Below are positions 25,681 through 35,135 of a stretch of DNA of 50,845 nt, piece by piece. Position 1 is the stretch's first letter. Each line of letters starts with the position of its first letter. The notes under the pieces are model-generated. The model was not told where the DNA came from. It did no database searches and saw only the letters and a list, made by a program, of their open reading frames with translations. A program made the position numbers and the translations under genes. Source of the DNA: a virus (Duplodnaviria; Caudoviricetes); the IMG/VR virus record IMGVR_UViG_3300036854_000028, positions 1 to 50,845 of that record; one strand, given 5' to 3'.

Positions 25681-25958
25681 CCGACCAGCCACCCACCGTC
25701 GTTAACCCGCAGGCCGTCGGCGACCCCAACCAGACACCGATCGTGCGACTGTGGCCCGGCAAGCCCAGCCCCGCCGAACTGTGGCGCCAGGCCGGCGGCG
25801 GCACCCCCGACTTCTCCCGCGACCGGTACCGGGAACTGCTCATCGCCCACGGCCACCTGACCCCGCTGGAGCCCGGCGAGAAGCCGGAGCCGCTGCCGTG
25901 CGGCTGGCCCGGGCCGACGCGTGACGACTACGACCCCGAGGAGGCCGAGCGTGCCTGA
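25677..25958 (+). CDS. Hypothetical protein
   Basis: AAGGA RBS and ATGA overlap. Confidence 0.65.
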   Translation: MTDQPPTVVNPQAVGDPNQTPIVRLWPGKPSPAELWRQAGGGTPDFSRDRYRELLIAHGHLTPLEPGEKPEPLPCGWPGPTRDDYDPEEAERA

Positions 25959-26286
25959 CGACCTGCGCCCCTCCGTCCGCGCGACCTACGACTCCCGCAT
26001 CACCGGACCCCGCTACTGGGTCACCACCGAAATCGACGGCGAGACCATCGCGTTCCGGGAACCCATCGACGACCCGTTCGTGCGCTGCGCTGTCCGCGTC
26101 AACCTGCGGGCGCTGCTGCGCGGCCTGCTCCGTCGGCAGGTGTTCGTCACCGTCGTGGTCGGCGCCGACCCGGAGTTGATGAACGACGTGCTGGAGCTCG
26201 ACGAGAACACCCTCATCCCGGGACGTACCCGTAAGGCCGCGTTCGGGCAGTCCATCCACCAGAAGCTGCGAGGAATCGATGGCTGA
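25951..26286 (+). CDS. Hypothetical protein
   Basis: GAGGAGG RBS. Confidence 0.65.
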   Translation: MPDDLRPSVRATYDSRITGPRYWVTTEIDGETIAFREPIDDPFVRCAVRVNLRALLRGLLRRQVFVTVVVGADPELMNDVLELDENTLIPGRTRKAAFGQSIHQKLRGIDG

Positions 26287-26470
26287 CGACCTGCGCACCC
26301 TGGCCGCCGAAGCGCTGCGAGCGGCGTGTCCCGACGACGCCGAGTGTCAAGCGCCGTCGACATCGTGCAGCGTCTCGCCGCAACCGGCCCCAACGGCCAC
26401 CCCAGCGTGCCAGGAGTCCGAGGGCGGGCCGGCAGTACCCGAGGCCACCGAGGAGACTCCCGATGCCTGA
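26279..26470 (+). CDS. Hypothetical protein
   Basis: GAGGA RBS and overlap chain. Confidence 0.5.
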   Translation: MADDLRTLAAEALRAACPDDAECQAPSTSCSVSPQPAPTATPACQESEGGPAVPEATEETPDA

Positions 26471-26738
26471 ACGTCCCACGAAGGTCCTAGTCCTGCACAT
26501 CGAGGTGCCGGGCGTCTGGGCCGACGACCTACCTGCCTCCGCCGCCGAGATCGCTCACAGCGACGAACCGACATCCGAGGACTACCTGTTCGTCGTTACC
26601 GAGGAGTGGATGCGCGAAGAGGTCGGCCTGACGATCGTGACGTTGCCCGGCGAGAAGAACACGAACGACGACTTCGAGATCCACGCGTACACAGGCCGCA
26701 TCGTGGGCGCGTCAGTTCGGGAGGCCAACCGTGGGTAG
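26463..26738 (+). CDS. Hypothetical acidic protein
   Basis: GAGGAG RBS. Confidence 0.65.
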   Translation: MPERPTKVLVLHIEVPGVWADDLPASAAEIAHSDEPTSEDYLFVVTEEWMREEVGLTIVTLPGEKNTNDDFEIHAYTGRIVGASVREANRG

Positions 26739-27579
26739 CGCGCTCAAACCGCCGATCCCGTACTTCGGCGGGAAGACCATCCTCGCCCCGCAGATCGCCG
26801 CGCTGCTGCCCCCGCACCGGCATTACGTCGAGCCCTACTGCGGCAGCCTCGCCGTGCTCTTGGCCAAAGACCCGTCGCCGATGGAGACCGTCTCCGACAT
26901 CGACGAAAAGCTCGTCACGTTCTGGCGGGTCCTCCGCGAACACCCCGACGAGCTGATCCGCGCGGCCGCGCTCACCCCGCACTCCCGGCGCGAGTACGAC
27001 CTCGCCATCGACCTTGACGCGGACGACGAACTCGAACTCGCTCGGCAGGTGTGGATCAAACTAACCCAAGGACGCAGCGGACGACTCAAGCGCACCGGGT
27101 GGCGGCACTACGTCGACCCGGCCGGCACGAACGTCGGAATGCCCGCCTACCTCGACGGCTACATCGATCGGATGGCGCCGGCGGTCGAGCGCCTGCACCG
27201 GGTGTCGCTGGAGTGCCGTCCGGCGCTGGAACTGATCGCGAAGTACGGCGAGTGCCCCGAGGTATTGCTGTATGTCGATCCTCCATATGTGGGATCGACG
27301 AGGGCGAACGACAACGCGTACCGGCACGAGATGCGCACCGACGATGAGCACCGCGAGCTGGCTGAGGCACTCCATGCCGCCCGGGCGGCCGTCGTCATCT
27401 CCGGGTACGCCAGCGACCTCTACGACCGAGAGCTGTACCCCGGCTGGGACCGGCACACGATGATCTCCGGGACCGGCCAGGGCGACGGGTGGGGCAACCG
27501 CACCGAGGTGTTGTGGTCGAACCGTCCTCTCGGTACCGCCCCGACCCTGTTCGACCTGGGAGACGACCATGCAGCCTGA
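26731..27579 (+). CDS. DNA adenine methyltransferase (Dam/D12 class)
   Basis: PYFGGK, YVEPYCGS, YVDPPY, ISGY and RTEVLW motifs. Confidence 0.95.
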   Translation: MGSALKPPIPYFGGKTILAPQIAALLPPHRHYVEPYCGSLAVLLAKDPSPMETVSDIDEKLVTFWRVLREHPDELIRAAALTPHSRREYDLAIDLDADDELELARQVWIKLTQGRSGRLKRTGWRHYVDPAGTNVGMPAYLDGYIDRMAPAVERLHRVSLECRPALELIAKYGECPEVLLYVDPPYVGSTRANDNAYRHEMRTDDEHRELAEALHAARAAVVISGYASDLYDRELYPGWDRHTMISGTGQGDGWGNRTEVLWSNRPLGTAPTLFDLGDDHAA

Positions 27580-28798
27580 ACCGGCGGTACCCGACACCAC
27601 CGAACCCGACGCCACCGGCCTCGCCGGGCACTGCCCACACGGCGTCGGCATGCTCGACGCCTGCGACCCGTGCGAGAGCAGCACCACCGAACCCGACGAG
27701 CCGCAGGACACCGCGGGCGGCTGGTCGGCCACCGCATGGCTGTGCAGCTGCTGCGCCGTCAACTGGCAACGCTGGCGCTGGACACCCCCAGGCCGACCAG
27801 CCGCACCCGACACACCGTGGGGCGTACGCGGCGGCCTGTTCTCCCACAACACCCTCGACGAGTTCTTCGCCCAGCACCGCGACATCACACCCGTCGAGGT
27901 CGACAACCAAGCCGCGCTGCTCGCCGACCTGACCCGCGTAACCCGGCAACGAGACGAAGCCTGGGCCCAGATCCGCCGCTACGAAGGCACCGGCAACGAC
28001 TCGAAGCTGACCTACGCCGAGCTGGAGCAGGAACGCGACCGCCTCGCCCTGGAGCTGTACCGCGCGCAGGACTGCGGCCACGACCTGGAGGCGTTCCAGC
28101 GGCAGGGGATCCATCTGGACCAGATGACCGAGAATGCAGCGGCCTGGATGCGCGAGGCCCAGCGCCAAGCCGAAGAGCGGGACGAGGCGCGACGTCAGGC
28201 CGAGTACTGGAAGAAGCGCACCGAGACGGCATGGGAACGCGGCGACGAGGACGGAATGTCGATCGTGAGCCTGAGCTTCCGACTACGGGACGCCGAGGCC
28301 GAGCGGGACCGGCTGGCCGACACCGTACGGCGGTACCAGCCCGTCATCGACGCGGCGAAGGCGTGGCGGCAGATGCGCTCCGGGACACCGACCCGACCGA
28401 AGCCGACCGCGCTGGCGCTCATCGAGGCCGTGGACGCACTCGACACCGCCGACGATCAGCCCGGGTTCCGGCCCATGGTCGGGACCGTCACCGGCGAGGA
28501 CGCCCGGTTCGTCGCGCGGGCAACCGGGGGCGGCATCACCTCAGCCGACCTGCCCGTCGAGTTCGAGGCTGAGACCGGGCAACGAGACGAAGACCTCGCC
28601 GAGATCGACACGACCGAGAAGGAGATCGTCGGCCCACAGACGTACGCCATCTCGGAGCCGATCTTCGGGACGTGGCCCGGTCTCAGCCTCGGACTGCACC
28701 TCGTCGACCACGCCGACTTAAACCGCTGCGTACGCTGCGGCGGCCCGTCGCTCATGGCGGACTGCCCCGGCGAGACGAGAGGCGAGGGTGCGCCGTGA
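27569..28798 (+). CDS. Mosaic hypothetical protein (Cys motifs plus coiled coil)
   Basis: GGGAG RBS. Repeated ERD.. heptads. Confidence 0.7.
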   Translation: MQPEPAVPDTTEPDATGLAGHCPHGVGMLDACDPCESSTTEPDEPQDTAGGWSATAWLCSCCAVNWQRWRWTPPGRPAAPDTPWGVRGGLFSHNTLDEFFAQHRDITPVEVDNQAALLADLTRVTRQRDEAWAQIRRYEGTGNDSKLTYAELEQERDRLALELYRAQDCGHDLEAFQRQGIHLDQMTENAAAWMREAQRQAEERDEARRQAEYWKKRTETAWERGDEDGMSIVSLSFRLRDAEAERDRLADTVRRYQPVIDAAKAWRQMRSGTPTRPKPTALALIEAVDALDTADDQPGFRPMVGTVTGEDARFVARATGGGITSADLPVEFEAETGQRDEDLAEIDTTEKEIVGPQTYAISEPIFGTWPGLSLGLHLVDHADLNRCVRCGGPSLMADCPGETRGEGAP

Positions 28799-28935
28799 TC
28801 CGTGCGTGGCTGAAACGGCGTCGCTGCTTCCACCACGACCACCACACCGGAGAGTCATGGATCGGTCGCGGTCAGATCATCGACTACCGCAAGCTGTACC
28901 GCTGCTCGCGCTGCGGAAGGACATGGATCCTGTGA
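28795..28935 (+). CDS. Small zinc-ribbon protein
   Basis: C.H...C.RCG motif and overlap chain. Confidence 0.55.
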   Translation: MIRAWLKRRRCFHHDHHTGESWIGRGQIIDYRKLYRCSRCGRTWIL

Positions 28936-29510
28936 AGATCTTTTACGATACCGAGTTCCTCGAAGACGGCCGCACCATCGACCTGATCTCGATCGGCATG
29001 GTTGCCGACGACGGCCGTGAGCTGTACCTCGTGAACCAAGGTATCGAGGACGACCCGCTGCACGAGCGCATCTGCCGGGACCGGTGGCTCATGGGGAACG
29101 TCGTCCCGCATCTGCCGCTACGCGAGAAGGACCCCATCACCCAGCCGCAGGCGCAGTACGCCGGTCGCTTCTGGATCGACCACGGCGACAACCGCATCGT
29201 GTCGATCCGTTTCATCCGCAACGCAGTCCGCGACTTCGTCCTGTCCACGCCACAGCCGGAATTGTGGGCATGGTACGGCGCGTACGATCATGTGGTCCTC
29301 GCCCAATTGTTCGGCCGAATGATCCATCTGCCGCAGGGCTTCCCGATGTGGACGCACGAGATGCAGCAGGAACTCGACCGGGCCGGCATCGACGCACCAG
29401 AGCAGTCCGGCGACCTCCACAACGCGCTCGCCGACGCGAAGCACCTCGCCACCCTCGACCGGCTCGTCAAGGCGGCCGGCAGCGAGACGGGAGACGGCGA
29501 TGGCTGCTGA
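28932..29510 (+). CDS. DEDDh 3'-5' exo(ribo)nuclease, RNase AS-like
   Basis: FYDTEFLEDG.TIDLISIG, AYDHV.L.QLFG.M and HNALADA motifs. Confidence 0.9.
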   Translation: MKIFYDTEFLEDGRTIDLISIGMVADDGRELYLVNQGIEDDPLHERICRDRWLMGNVVPHLPLREKDPITQPQAQYAGRFWIDHGDNRIVSIRFIRNAVRDFVLSTPQPELWAWYGAYDHVVLAQLFGRMIHLPQGFPMWTHEMQQELDRAGIDAPEQSGDLHNALADAKHLATLDRLVKAAGSETGDGDGC

Positions 29511-29854
29511 AACCTGCCCCGGCTGCGGCGAGCTGCTCACCGACCCGAAAGACTGCGACCACTGCGAATACTTCAACCTCGCCAGCGGCCGGAACCACTA
29601 CTGCGGGCGGGACGAGTGCTACTGCCGGGAGCTTCGCCGAACCATGAAGCGCGAGGTTCTTGGCCAGTTCGCGGCTCGCCATGCCGCCACCTTCGCTGGC
29701 TGGCAAGCGCTCCGTGTCGCGTTCGCCGACCGGCCGGACCTGCTTCACCCCGGCGTCGGAGATTTCATCGCGCGGACCGTCGTAGACGCGGCGTGGCCGA
29801 TCCTCGGCGTCCGACCGGCCGCGAGCGAGACGGGAGACGGCGATGGCCGCTGAA
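29481..29854 (+). repeat. 31-bp direct repeats at gene junctions
   Basis: AGCGAGACGGGAGACGGCGATGGCYGCTGAA at 29481-29511 and 29824-29854, one mismatch. Confidence 0.9.
29500..29853 (+). CDS. Cys-rich hypothetical protein
   Basis: RBS and ATG lie within the repeat. CxxC motifs. Confidence 0.65.
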   Translation: MAAETCPGCGELLTDPKDCDHCEYFNLASGRNHYCGRDECYCRELRRTMKREVLGQFAARHAATFAGWQALRVAFADRPDLLHPGVGDFIARTVVDAAWPILGVRPAASETGDGDGR

Positions 29855-30244
29855 CCTGTCTCCGACCTCATGCGCACCGTCGGCGCCCGCATCCGCGCGC
29901 TCCGCGAAATCTACGACGTGACCCAGGAAGAGATCGCCAAGGAAGCCGGCCTCAACCGCACCTCGATCACCAACATCGAGTCCGGCCGGCAGAACGCCCA
30001 ACTCGACGCGCTCGCCGCCGTCGCGAAGCACTTCGGGGTGTCGCTGGGCGCGCTGCTCGGCGAGTCCGACCTGCCCGCCCTCAGCCGCGTCCTCGTCGTG
30101 TCGGTATGCGAGGTGCGCTGCGAAACCTGCGGCGTGGTCGCTCAGGACTTGCCCCACGCGCAGGCGTACGAGGTGCGCAAGCAGCACATCCGGGGACACC
30201 TCGGCGCCGCCGTAGCCAAGATGATGGGAGGCGCCGATGGCTGA
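29843..30244 (+). CDS. XRE HTH protein with C-terminal C2H-like motif
   Basis: VGARIRALR...TQEEIAKEAGLNRTSITNIESGRQ. Confidence 0.88.
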   Translation: MAAEPVSDLMRTVGARIRALREIYDVTQEEIAKEAGLNRTSITNIESGRQNAQLDALAAVAKHFGVSLGALLGESDLPALSRVLVVSVCEVRCETCGVVAQDLPHAQAYEVRKQHIRGHLGAAVAKMMGGADG

Positions 30245-30683
30245 CGACGAGCTGGTCGAGGAACTGGCCGAGCACCTCGCCCGATCCATCTTCACCGCGA
30301 ACCGCCTGACGCGACCCGACGGCAAGCCGATCGCATGGGACGACCTCACCGATGATCAGCGGCAGCACTGGATGAACAACTTCCGCGAACTGCACGCCGC
30401 ACCGGCCCTGGAGTGGCTGGCCGAGCGGGGACGGCTCATACCCGACGGAGCCGAGACGATCGAGCAGTGGGAGACGTGGTGCCACGCCAGGGACAGCGAT
30501 GCGATTAGGCACGCCAGCCCCCACGCCTTCCCGAGCCGACAACAAGCCGAAGAGTGGGGCCAGGAGCAGATCGGCCAGTACGGCATCACGAGGTACACCG
30601 TTCTTCGCCGTGTGGCTCGCCGCTGGCCGGACGGCAGCGCGATGACCGGGCCATGGGAGCCCGTACCCGAGGAGGCGACGTGA
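30237..30683 (+). CDS. Hypothetical protein
   Basis: GGGAGG RBS. Confidence 0.7.
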   Translation: MADDELVEELAEHLARSIFTANRLTRPDGKPIAWDDLTDDQRQHWMNNFRELHAAPALEWLAERGRLIPDGAETIEQWETWCHARDSDAIRHASPHAFPSRQQAEEWGQEQIGQYGITRYTVLRRVARRWPDGSAMTGPWEPVPEEAT

Positions 30684-30868
30684 CCGACGACGCGGACACG
30701 ACCCAGGACATCTGTCCCGCCTCCGAGCGGGTCGACGGCCCCTGGCACTCCTGGCGGTTTGATGGCGACGACCCCCGCGTCATCTGCGTGTACTGCGGCG
30801 AGATGCGGGATGCGCTGACGGCGGTGTCGGTCATGAACCCGCGGACCGAATCATGGGAGACCCTGTGA
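30680..30868 (+). CDS. Small hypothetical protein (C..C)
   Basis: GGAGG RBS and GTGA overlap. Confidence 0.6.
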   Translation: MTDDADTTQDICPASERVDGPWHSWRFDGDDPRVICVYCGEMRDALTAVSVMNPRTESWETL

Positions 30869-31596
30869 CCCGACTCCTGTGCGCCGTGGCCCGCTGCGGC
30901 ATCCCGCGCCGCCACCATGACGGATGCGACGACCAGCAATGCCGAGGCTGCCTACCCGGCTGGGCGGCGGACGGACTACGCCTGTGCGCCCACCACGCCG
31001 CACGCATCGGCGGCGACGCCATCAAGGCCGCAGTGCTCCACGGCGAGCTGGAGCTGGTCCTGCGGCCCTCGGGTGGCGGCGGGCGCACCGGCAAGCCAGG
31101 ATCGGCCAGCCCACCCCGCGACGACGTGGTGGCCATGCGTACCGAGATCAGGCATGTGCTCGTGTCGTGGTGCCTGCTGATCTCCGAGGAGCGCGGCATC
31201 AGCCTGCCGACGCGGCTGGAAGTCGAGCAGCTCCCCGACGGCTTCATCGGGCCACCCCGGCGCCGACGCGTACACGACGAGACCGCCCTGAGCGTCGGCG
31301 GCTACGTCGCCAAGCACGCCGAGTGGCTCGCCGCGCAGCCCTACGCCGGCGAGGTGTCCGACGAGCTGGCGTCCCTCGCCTCACGGGCGCGGGGGATCGC
31401 CTTCCCGTCCGGGACACGCAGGGTGGAGGCCGGGCCGTGCCCGCTGTGCCCCGGGACGCTCACCGCGCTCGTGCGCACCACCGACGCGCTGCTGCCGAGC
31501 GAGGTGGCCTGCGATGGGGACGAGGCGCACCGGTGGGCGAGTGAGCGGTGGCGGGAGCTGGACAGGCTCGTGGCGGCGAAGAGGAGAGCGGCGTGA
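30865..31596 (+). CDS. Zn-binding putative late-gene regulator, N-terminal part
   Basis: LC..H, L.SW..LI.EERG, ..HAEWL and GPCP.C...L...C...H.W pattern of the regulator that ends actinophage early operons. Confidence 0.7.
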   Translation: MTRLLCAVARCGIPRRHHDGCDDQQCRGCLPGWAADGLRLCAHHAARIGGDAIKAAVLHGELELVLRPSGGGGRTGKPGSASPPRDDVVAMRTEIRHVLVSWCLLISEERGISLPTRLEVEQLPDGFIGPPRRRRVHDETALSVGGYVAKHAEWLAAQPYAGEVSDELASLASRARGIAFPSGTRRVEAGPCPLCPGTLTALVRTTDALLPSEVACDGDEAHRWASERWRELDRLVAAKRRAA

Positions 31597-31820
31597 AGGT
31601 CAATATCCACGGCCACAGCCATCAGGTTGAGGTCGAGGCCGAAGGTGAACTCCATGACGTCGTCGAGGTGGCACGCAAGCTCTGGGAAGCCACCTTCCAG
31701 CCCGAGCGTGGACCGGCCGGCCCGGCGTACGGCTTCAGCATGGAACGCGACTGTGGCCTCCAGATCGGCGACAACAAGCGCTGGGGCGGCGAGATCGAGC
31801 CAGTCCGGGCAGTCGAATGA
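31593..31820 (+). CDS. Hypothetical protein
   Basis: GAGGAG RBS and GTGA overlap. Confidence 0.65.
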   Translation: MKVNIHGHSHQVEVEAEGELHDVVEVARKLWEATFQPERGPAGPAYGFSMERDCGLQIGDNKRWGGEIEPVRAVE

Positions 31821-32014
31821 TCCGCTACTACACCGCCGCCGAGGTGCGCGACATCTGGCGCCGGCCCATCGGCACCGTCTACCGGCTCGCGTCCGAACAC
31901 CGCTGGCGGCGAGTCGGCGACCGGGCGCGGCCAGTGCTGTACAACGCCGAGGACGTGGACGCGACGATGAACGGAGGCGACAGTGAACCTCGGCTGGACC
32001 ATGACCATGCCTGA
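31817..32014 (+). CDS. MerR-like HTH protein
   Basis: TAAEV.....PIGTVYRLASEHRW...LY...DV. Confidence 0.7.
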   Translation: MIRYYTAAEVRDIWRRPIGTVYRLASEHRWRRVGDRARPVLYNAEDVDATMNGGDSEPRLDHDHA

Positions 32015-32288
32015 GCACCAGTGGAACGAGGTCCTGCGAGCTGGCCACACCGCACCCGTCGCCTACGTCTGCGCCAACTGCGGCGAACGACGCCCACGAG
32101 GACAAGCCATCGTGCGCCACGGCGAACTCAGCGCCGAGCGTCGCGACGAGCTGGAGCAAGCCGGCTACGAGGTTATCGAGTCCGACGTGTCGCCGTCTGG
32201 CCAGATCGTCGTGTTCGACGGACGACTCACGCCCTCGCACGCCGACGAGCGGCTATGGTGCACCAACGCGCCGCGCGCCGCTGCTTGA
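31983..32288 (+). CDS. Hypothetical protein
   Basis: GGAGG RBS. C..CG motif. Confidence 0.6.
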   Translation: MNLGWTMTMPEHQWNEVLRAGHTAPVAYVCANCGERRPRGQAIVRHGELSAERRDELEQAGYEVIESDVSPSGQIVVFDGRLTPSHADERLWCTNAPRAAA

Positions 32289-32313
32289 CACCTGACCTGC
32301 GGCGAAGCAAGAT
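32285..32313 (+). promoter_or_regulatory. Candidate late promoter
   Basis: TTGACA (32285), N17, CAAGAT (32308), upstream of HNH and terminase. Confidence 0.6.
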
Positions 32314-32391
32314 GACCTTACTGTGGCGCAACTCTGCCACGGACATCCGCGCCGGTGAGCATCGCTGCCGGCGCGTTGGCGTTGCGGAGGT

Positions 32392-32664
32392 GTGATGCCT
32401 TCCGCCGGTAGTACCGCCGCCCGCGGCTACGGCCGGGCACACCAGGCCGAACGCCGACGGTGGGAACCAAAGGTCAACGCGGGCCTCGTCGACTGCCGGC
32501 GCTGCGACCAGCCCATCGAACCCGGCAGGCCGTGGGACCTGGGGCACACAGACGACCGGACTGGCTGGACGGGGCCCGAGCACACGGTGTGTAACAGGCG
32601 GGCAGGGGCGCGGACTACTCACGCGATGCGACGCAAGGGTGTGCGCACATCCCGGGACTGGTGA
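32392..32664 (+). CDS. Packaging-associated HNH endonuclease
   Basis: RGYG..H...C.RC..PI....WDLGH...GPEH..CN. Lies just before the terminase. Confidence 0.85.
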   Translation: MMPSAGSTAARGYGRAHQAERRRWEPKVNAGLVDCRRCDQPIEPGRPWDLGHTDDRTGWTGPEHTVCNRRAGARTTHAMRRKGVRTSRDW

Positions 32665-32669
32665 TCCCG

Positions 32670-32940
32670 TGCATGAGTATGCAGCCCACCGCAATGCAAT
32701 AGCCCGACCCTTGTGCTCGCGCACAAGGACGAGAGCCGTAGAGAAGACCCTGACGCTTAGCGTCGGGTAAGCCCTCAATCCAGGCGCCACGTTTCCGCAG
32801 GTCAGAGCCTTGGAAAAAATCCAAAGATGATCTTGCGGACCCCGGGTGCAGTCCCCCAAATCTCCCTCCGGCAACCCCCGTACCCGGTCTTTGTGCTCGG
32901 GCACAGCCCCCCCGGCCTGGGGTATGCATGACTATGCATA
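32670..32940. other. Candidate cos/packaging-initiation region
   Basis: Non-coding gap between HNH and TerS with symmetrically placed repeat pairs and a central palindrome. Confidence 0.55.
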
Positions 32941-32996
32941 GATGTCGCTCTACCTATTCAAGCGCCCTCGGTTAGCAGTTGTGGAGCAGGTGACCG

Positions 32997-33422
32997 ATGC
33001 CCCCTCGTGCCCGCCGCCTCGCCGCAGTCCCGGCTACCCAGCGTGAGCGTGCGCCGGACCTCCGCGATTCGGTACGCGCCGCGGTCGACGCGATGGACTG
33101 GCTGACGCCGACCGATGAGGCGATGAAGACCCTCGCCTTGCGCCAGGCCGAGGAGATCGAGAAGGCCATCGACCGGGCCGAGGAGCTGGCCGGCATTCTG
33201 CGTGATGCGGTCGGTCAGCCGGACATCTACAAGCGGGTCGAGAAGCTGGCCGCGATGTGCGAGGTCACCAAGACGGTCGGCTGGCTGGGTCCGCAGCTTC
33301 AGGGCGTGCTGCGTGACCTGGGTGGTACGCCCGCGGCTCGGGCCGCGATGAAGAAGGATAAGCCGGTAGGGAGTCGTCTTGCACAGCTCCGCGACGCTGC
33401 CGGCCAGCACGACGCCTCCTGA
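32997..33422 (+). CDS. terS: Terminase small subunit
   Basis: WL.PTD.A...LA...A..I...LGPQL..VL.DLGGTPAAR. Precedes TerL. Confidence 0.85.
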   Translation: MPPRARRLAAVPATQRERAPDLRDSVRAAVDAMDWLTPTDEAMKTLALRQAEEIEKAIDRAEELAGILRDAVGQPDIYKRVEKLAAMCEVTKTVGWLGPQLQGVLRDLGGTPAARAAMKKDKPVGSRLAQLRDAAGQHDAS

Positions 33423-33440
33423 GTTAGCGTCACAAGAACG

Positions 33441-33563
33441 TACGAGGCAGGGCTTGAACCTTCGCGGTTGGCCCGGGATGTCGTGCCCTGCGCCAGCGGG
33501 GGGAATCGGTGAGGTGGCAGCTCACCAGCGGCGTCCCAGCCTCGTGCTCTCCGTCGAGCGGAG
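33441..33563. ncRNA. Candidate multibranch structured RNA between terS and terL
   Basis: Closing stem ACGAGGC/GCCTCGT, nested stems, and a CTCCG/CGGAG hairpin over the terL RBS. Confidence 0.5.
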
Positions 33564-33572
33564 GCGGGGCGC

Positions 33573-35135
33573 ATGCTGACCGTTGCGCCGCCACTCCTCG
33601 GCTCGACGACGCCGCGGATCTTCACGCCGCCGCTGATCGCCGGGCCACCGGGGAGGTGTGGCTGTGGCTGCGCCTTGACCCCGGCGACGTCGCTGGGCTT
33701 CTCCGCGGCGGACTTCGCCGAAGAGGTGTTGGGCTTCGAGCTCATCCCCTGGCAGCGCTGGCTGTTGATCCACGCTCTGGAGTTGCGCCTCGATGGCCGG
33801 TTCCGGTTCCGCACGGTGTTGGTGCTGGTGGCCCGGCAGAACGGCAAGACGACCCTGGTCGAGGTCAAGAACCTGTGGAAGCTGTTCGTGCTGCGGGTGC
33901 CGTTGGTCATCGGGACGGCGCAGAACCTGGACGTCTCCGAGGAGTCGTGGGACAAGGCCGTCGAGATCGTCGAGTCGATCCCGGAACTGTTCGCCGAGGT
34001 CCCCAAAGACGGCGGCGTGGTCCGCGTCAACGGCAAGAAGAGCCTGAAACTGGTCCACGGCAGCCGCTGGAAGGTCGCCGCGGCCTCCCGCAAGGGTGGT
34101 CGAGGGCTCTCCGGCGACGATGTGAACCTCGACGAGTTGCGCGAACACCACACCTGGGACTCCTGGGCCGCGGTCACGAAGACCACCATGGCGCGGCGCA
34201 AGGCGCAGATTTGGGCGTTCTCCAACGCGGGCGATGACCGGTCCGTGGTGCTCAACGACCTGCAGGACAAGGGTCGGGAGACCGTTTCGGACCCCGATGC
34301 GGACTCTTCGCTGGGCATTTTCGAGTGGTCGGCCCCCGACGACTGCCCGATTGACGATCCGCAGATGTGGCGACTGGCGAATCCGTCGCTCGGCTACCCG
34401 CAGGGCATCTCGGTCGAGGCGCTGCGCGCGGCGCTGGAGACGGACCCGGAGCCGATCTTCCGCACCGAGTGTCTGTGCCAGCGGGTGCCCGATCTGGTGC
34501 CGTCGAAGATCCCTTTGACGGCCTGGGTGAAGTGCGCGGACCCGAAATCGGCCATCACGGGCGGCGTGGTGCTGTCCTGGCAGGTGTCCTGGGACCGTTC
34601 CTGGGGCGCCATCGGGGTTGCCGGGTACCGGGCGGACGGGTTGCCGCATGTGGAGCTCATCGACTACCGGCAGGGCACCGACTGGATTGCTGGCCGGTTC
34701 GGCGAGCTGGTGAAGCGGCACAACGTGCCTGCGGTCGTCTACAACCCGGCCGGCCCGGGGGCGTCGCTGGTCAATGAGGTGTCGGAGCGGCTTCCGGTGA
34801 AGCTGGAACCGCAGCCGATGACCGCCCGGGACCAGGCGAACGCCTGCGGACGGCTCTACGACGCCGCGATCACCGGCCAGCTCCGGCAGTTGGGCGACGA
34901 CCGGCTGTTGGAGATGTTGCGCAAGTCCGCCACTCGGACGCTGGTCGACGCGTGGGCGTGGGATCTGCGCCGGTCCGGAGGCGACATCAGCGGGCTCTGC
35001 GCGATCACTGACGCCCTGCACGGCCTGATCTTGTACGGCAAGCCGCCGACCCCCGCCCCCGCGCCGGTGGTGGCTGTCCTCGACGCCAAGGACCGGTTCG
35101 TCGGCACCGCTGACCTGATGACGGCTGGGTTCTAG
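33573..35135 (+). CDS. terL: Terminase large subunit
   Basis: PWQ, Walker A VARQNGKT, Walker B NLDELRE, SNAG and ANPSLG motifs. Confidence 0.95.
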   Translation: MLTVAPPLLGSTTPRIFTPPLIAGPPGRCGCGCALTPATSLGFSAADFAEEVLGFELIPWQRWLLIHALELRLDGRFRFRTVLVLVARQNGKTTLVEVKNLWKLFVLRVPLVIGTAQNLDVSEESWDKAVEIVESIPELFAEVPKDGGVVRVNGKKSLKLVHGSRWKVAAASRKGGRGLSGDDVNLDELREHHTWDSWAAVTKTTMARRKAQIWAFSNAGDDRSVVLNDLQDKGRETVSDPDADSSLGIFEWSAPDDCPIDDPQMWRLANPSLGYPQGISVEALRAALETDPEPIFRTECLCQRVPDLVPSKIPLTAWVKCADPKSAITGGVVLSWQVSWDRSWGAIGVAGYRADGLPHVELIDYRQGTDWIAGRFGELVKRHNVPAVVYNPAGPGASLVNEVSERLPVKLEPQPMTARDQANACGRLYDAAITGQLRQLGDDRLLEMLRKSATRTLVDAWAWDLRRSGGDISGLCAITDALHGLILYGKPPTPAPAPVVAVLDAKDRFVGTADLMTAGF

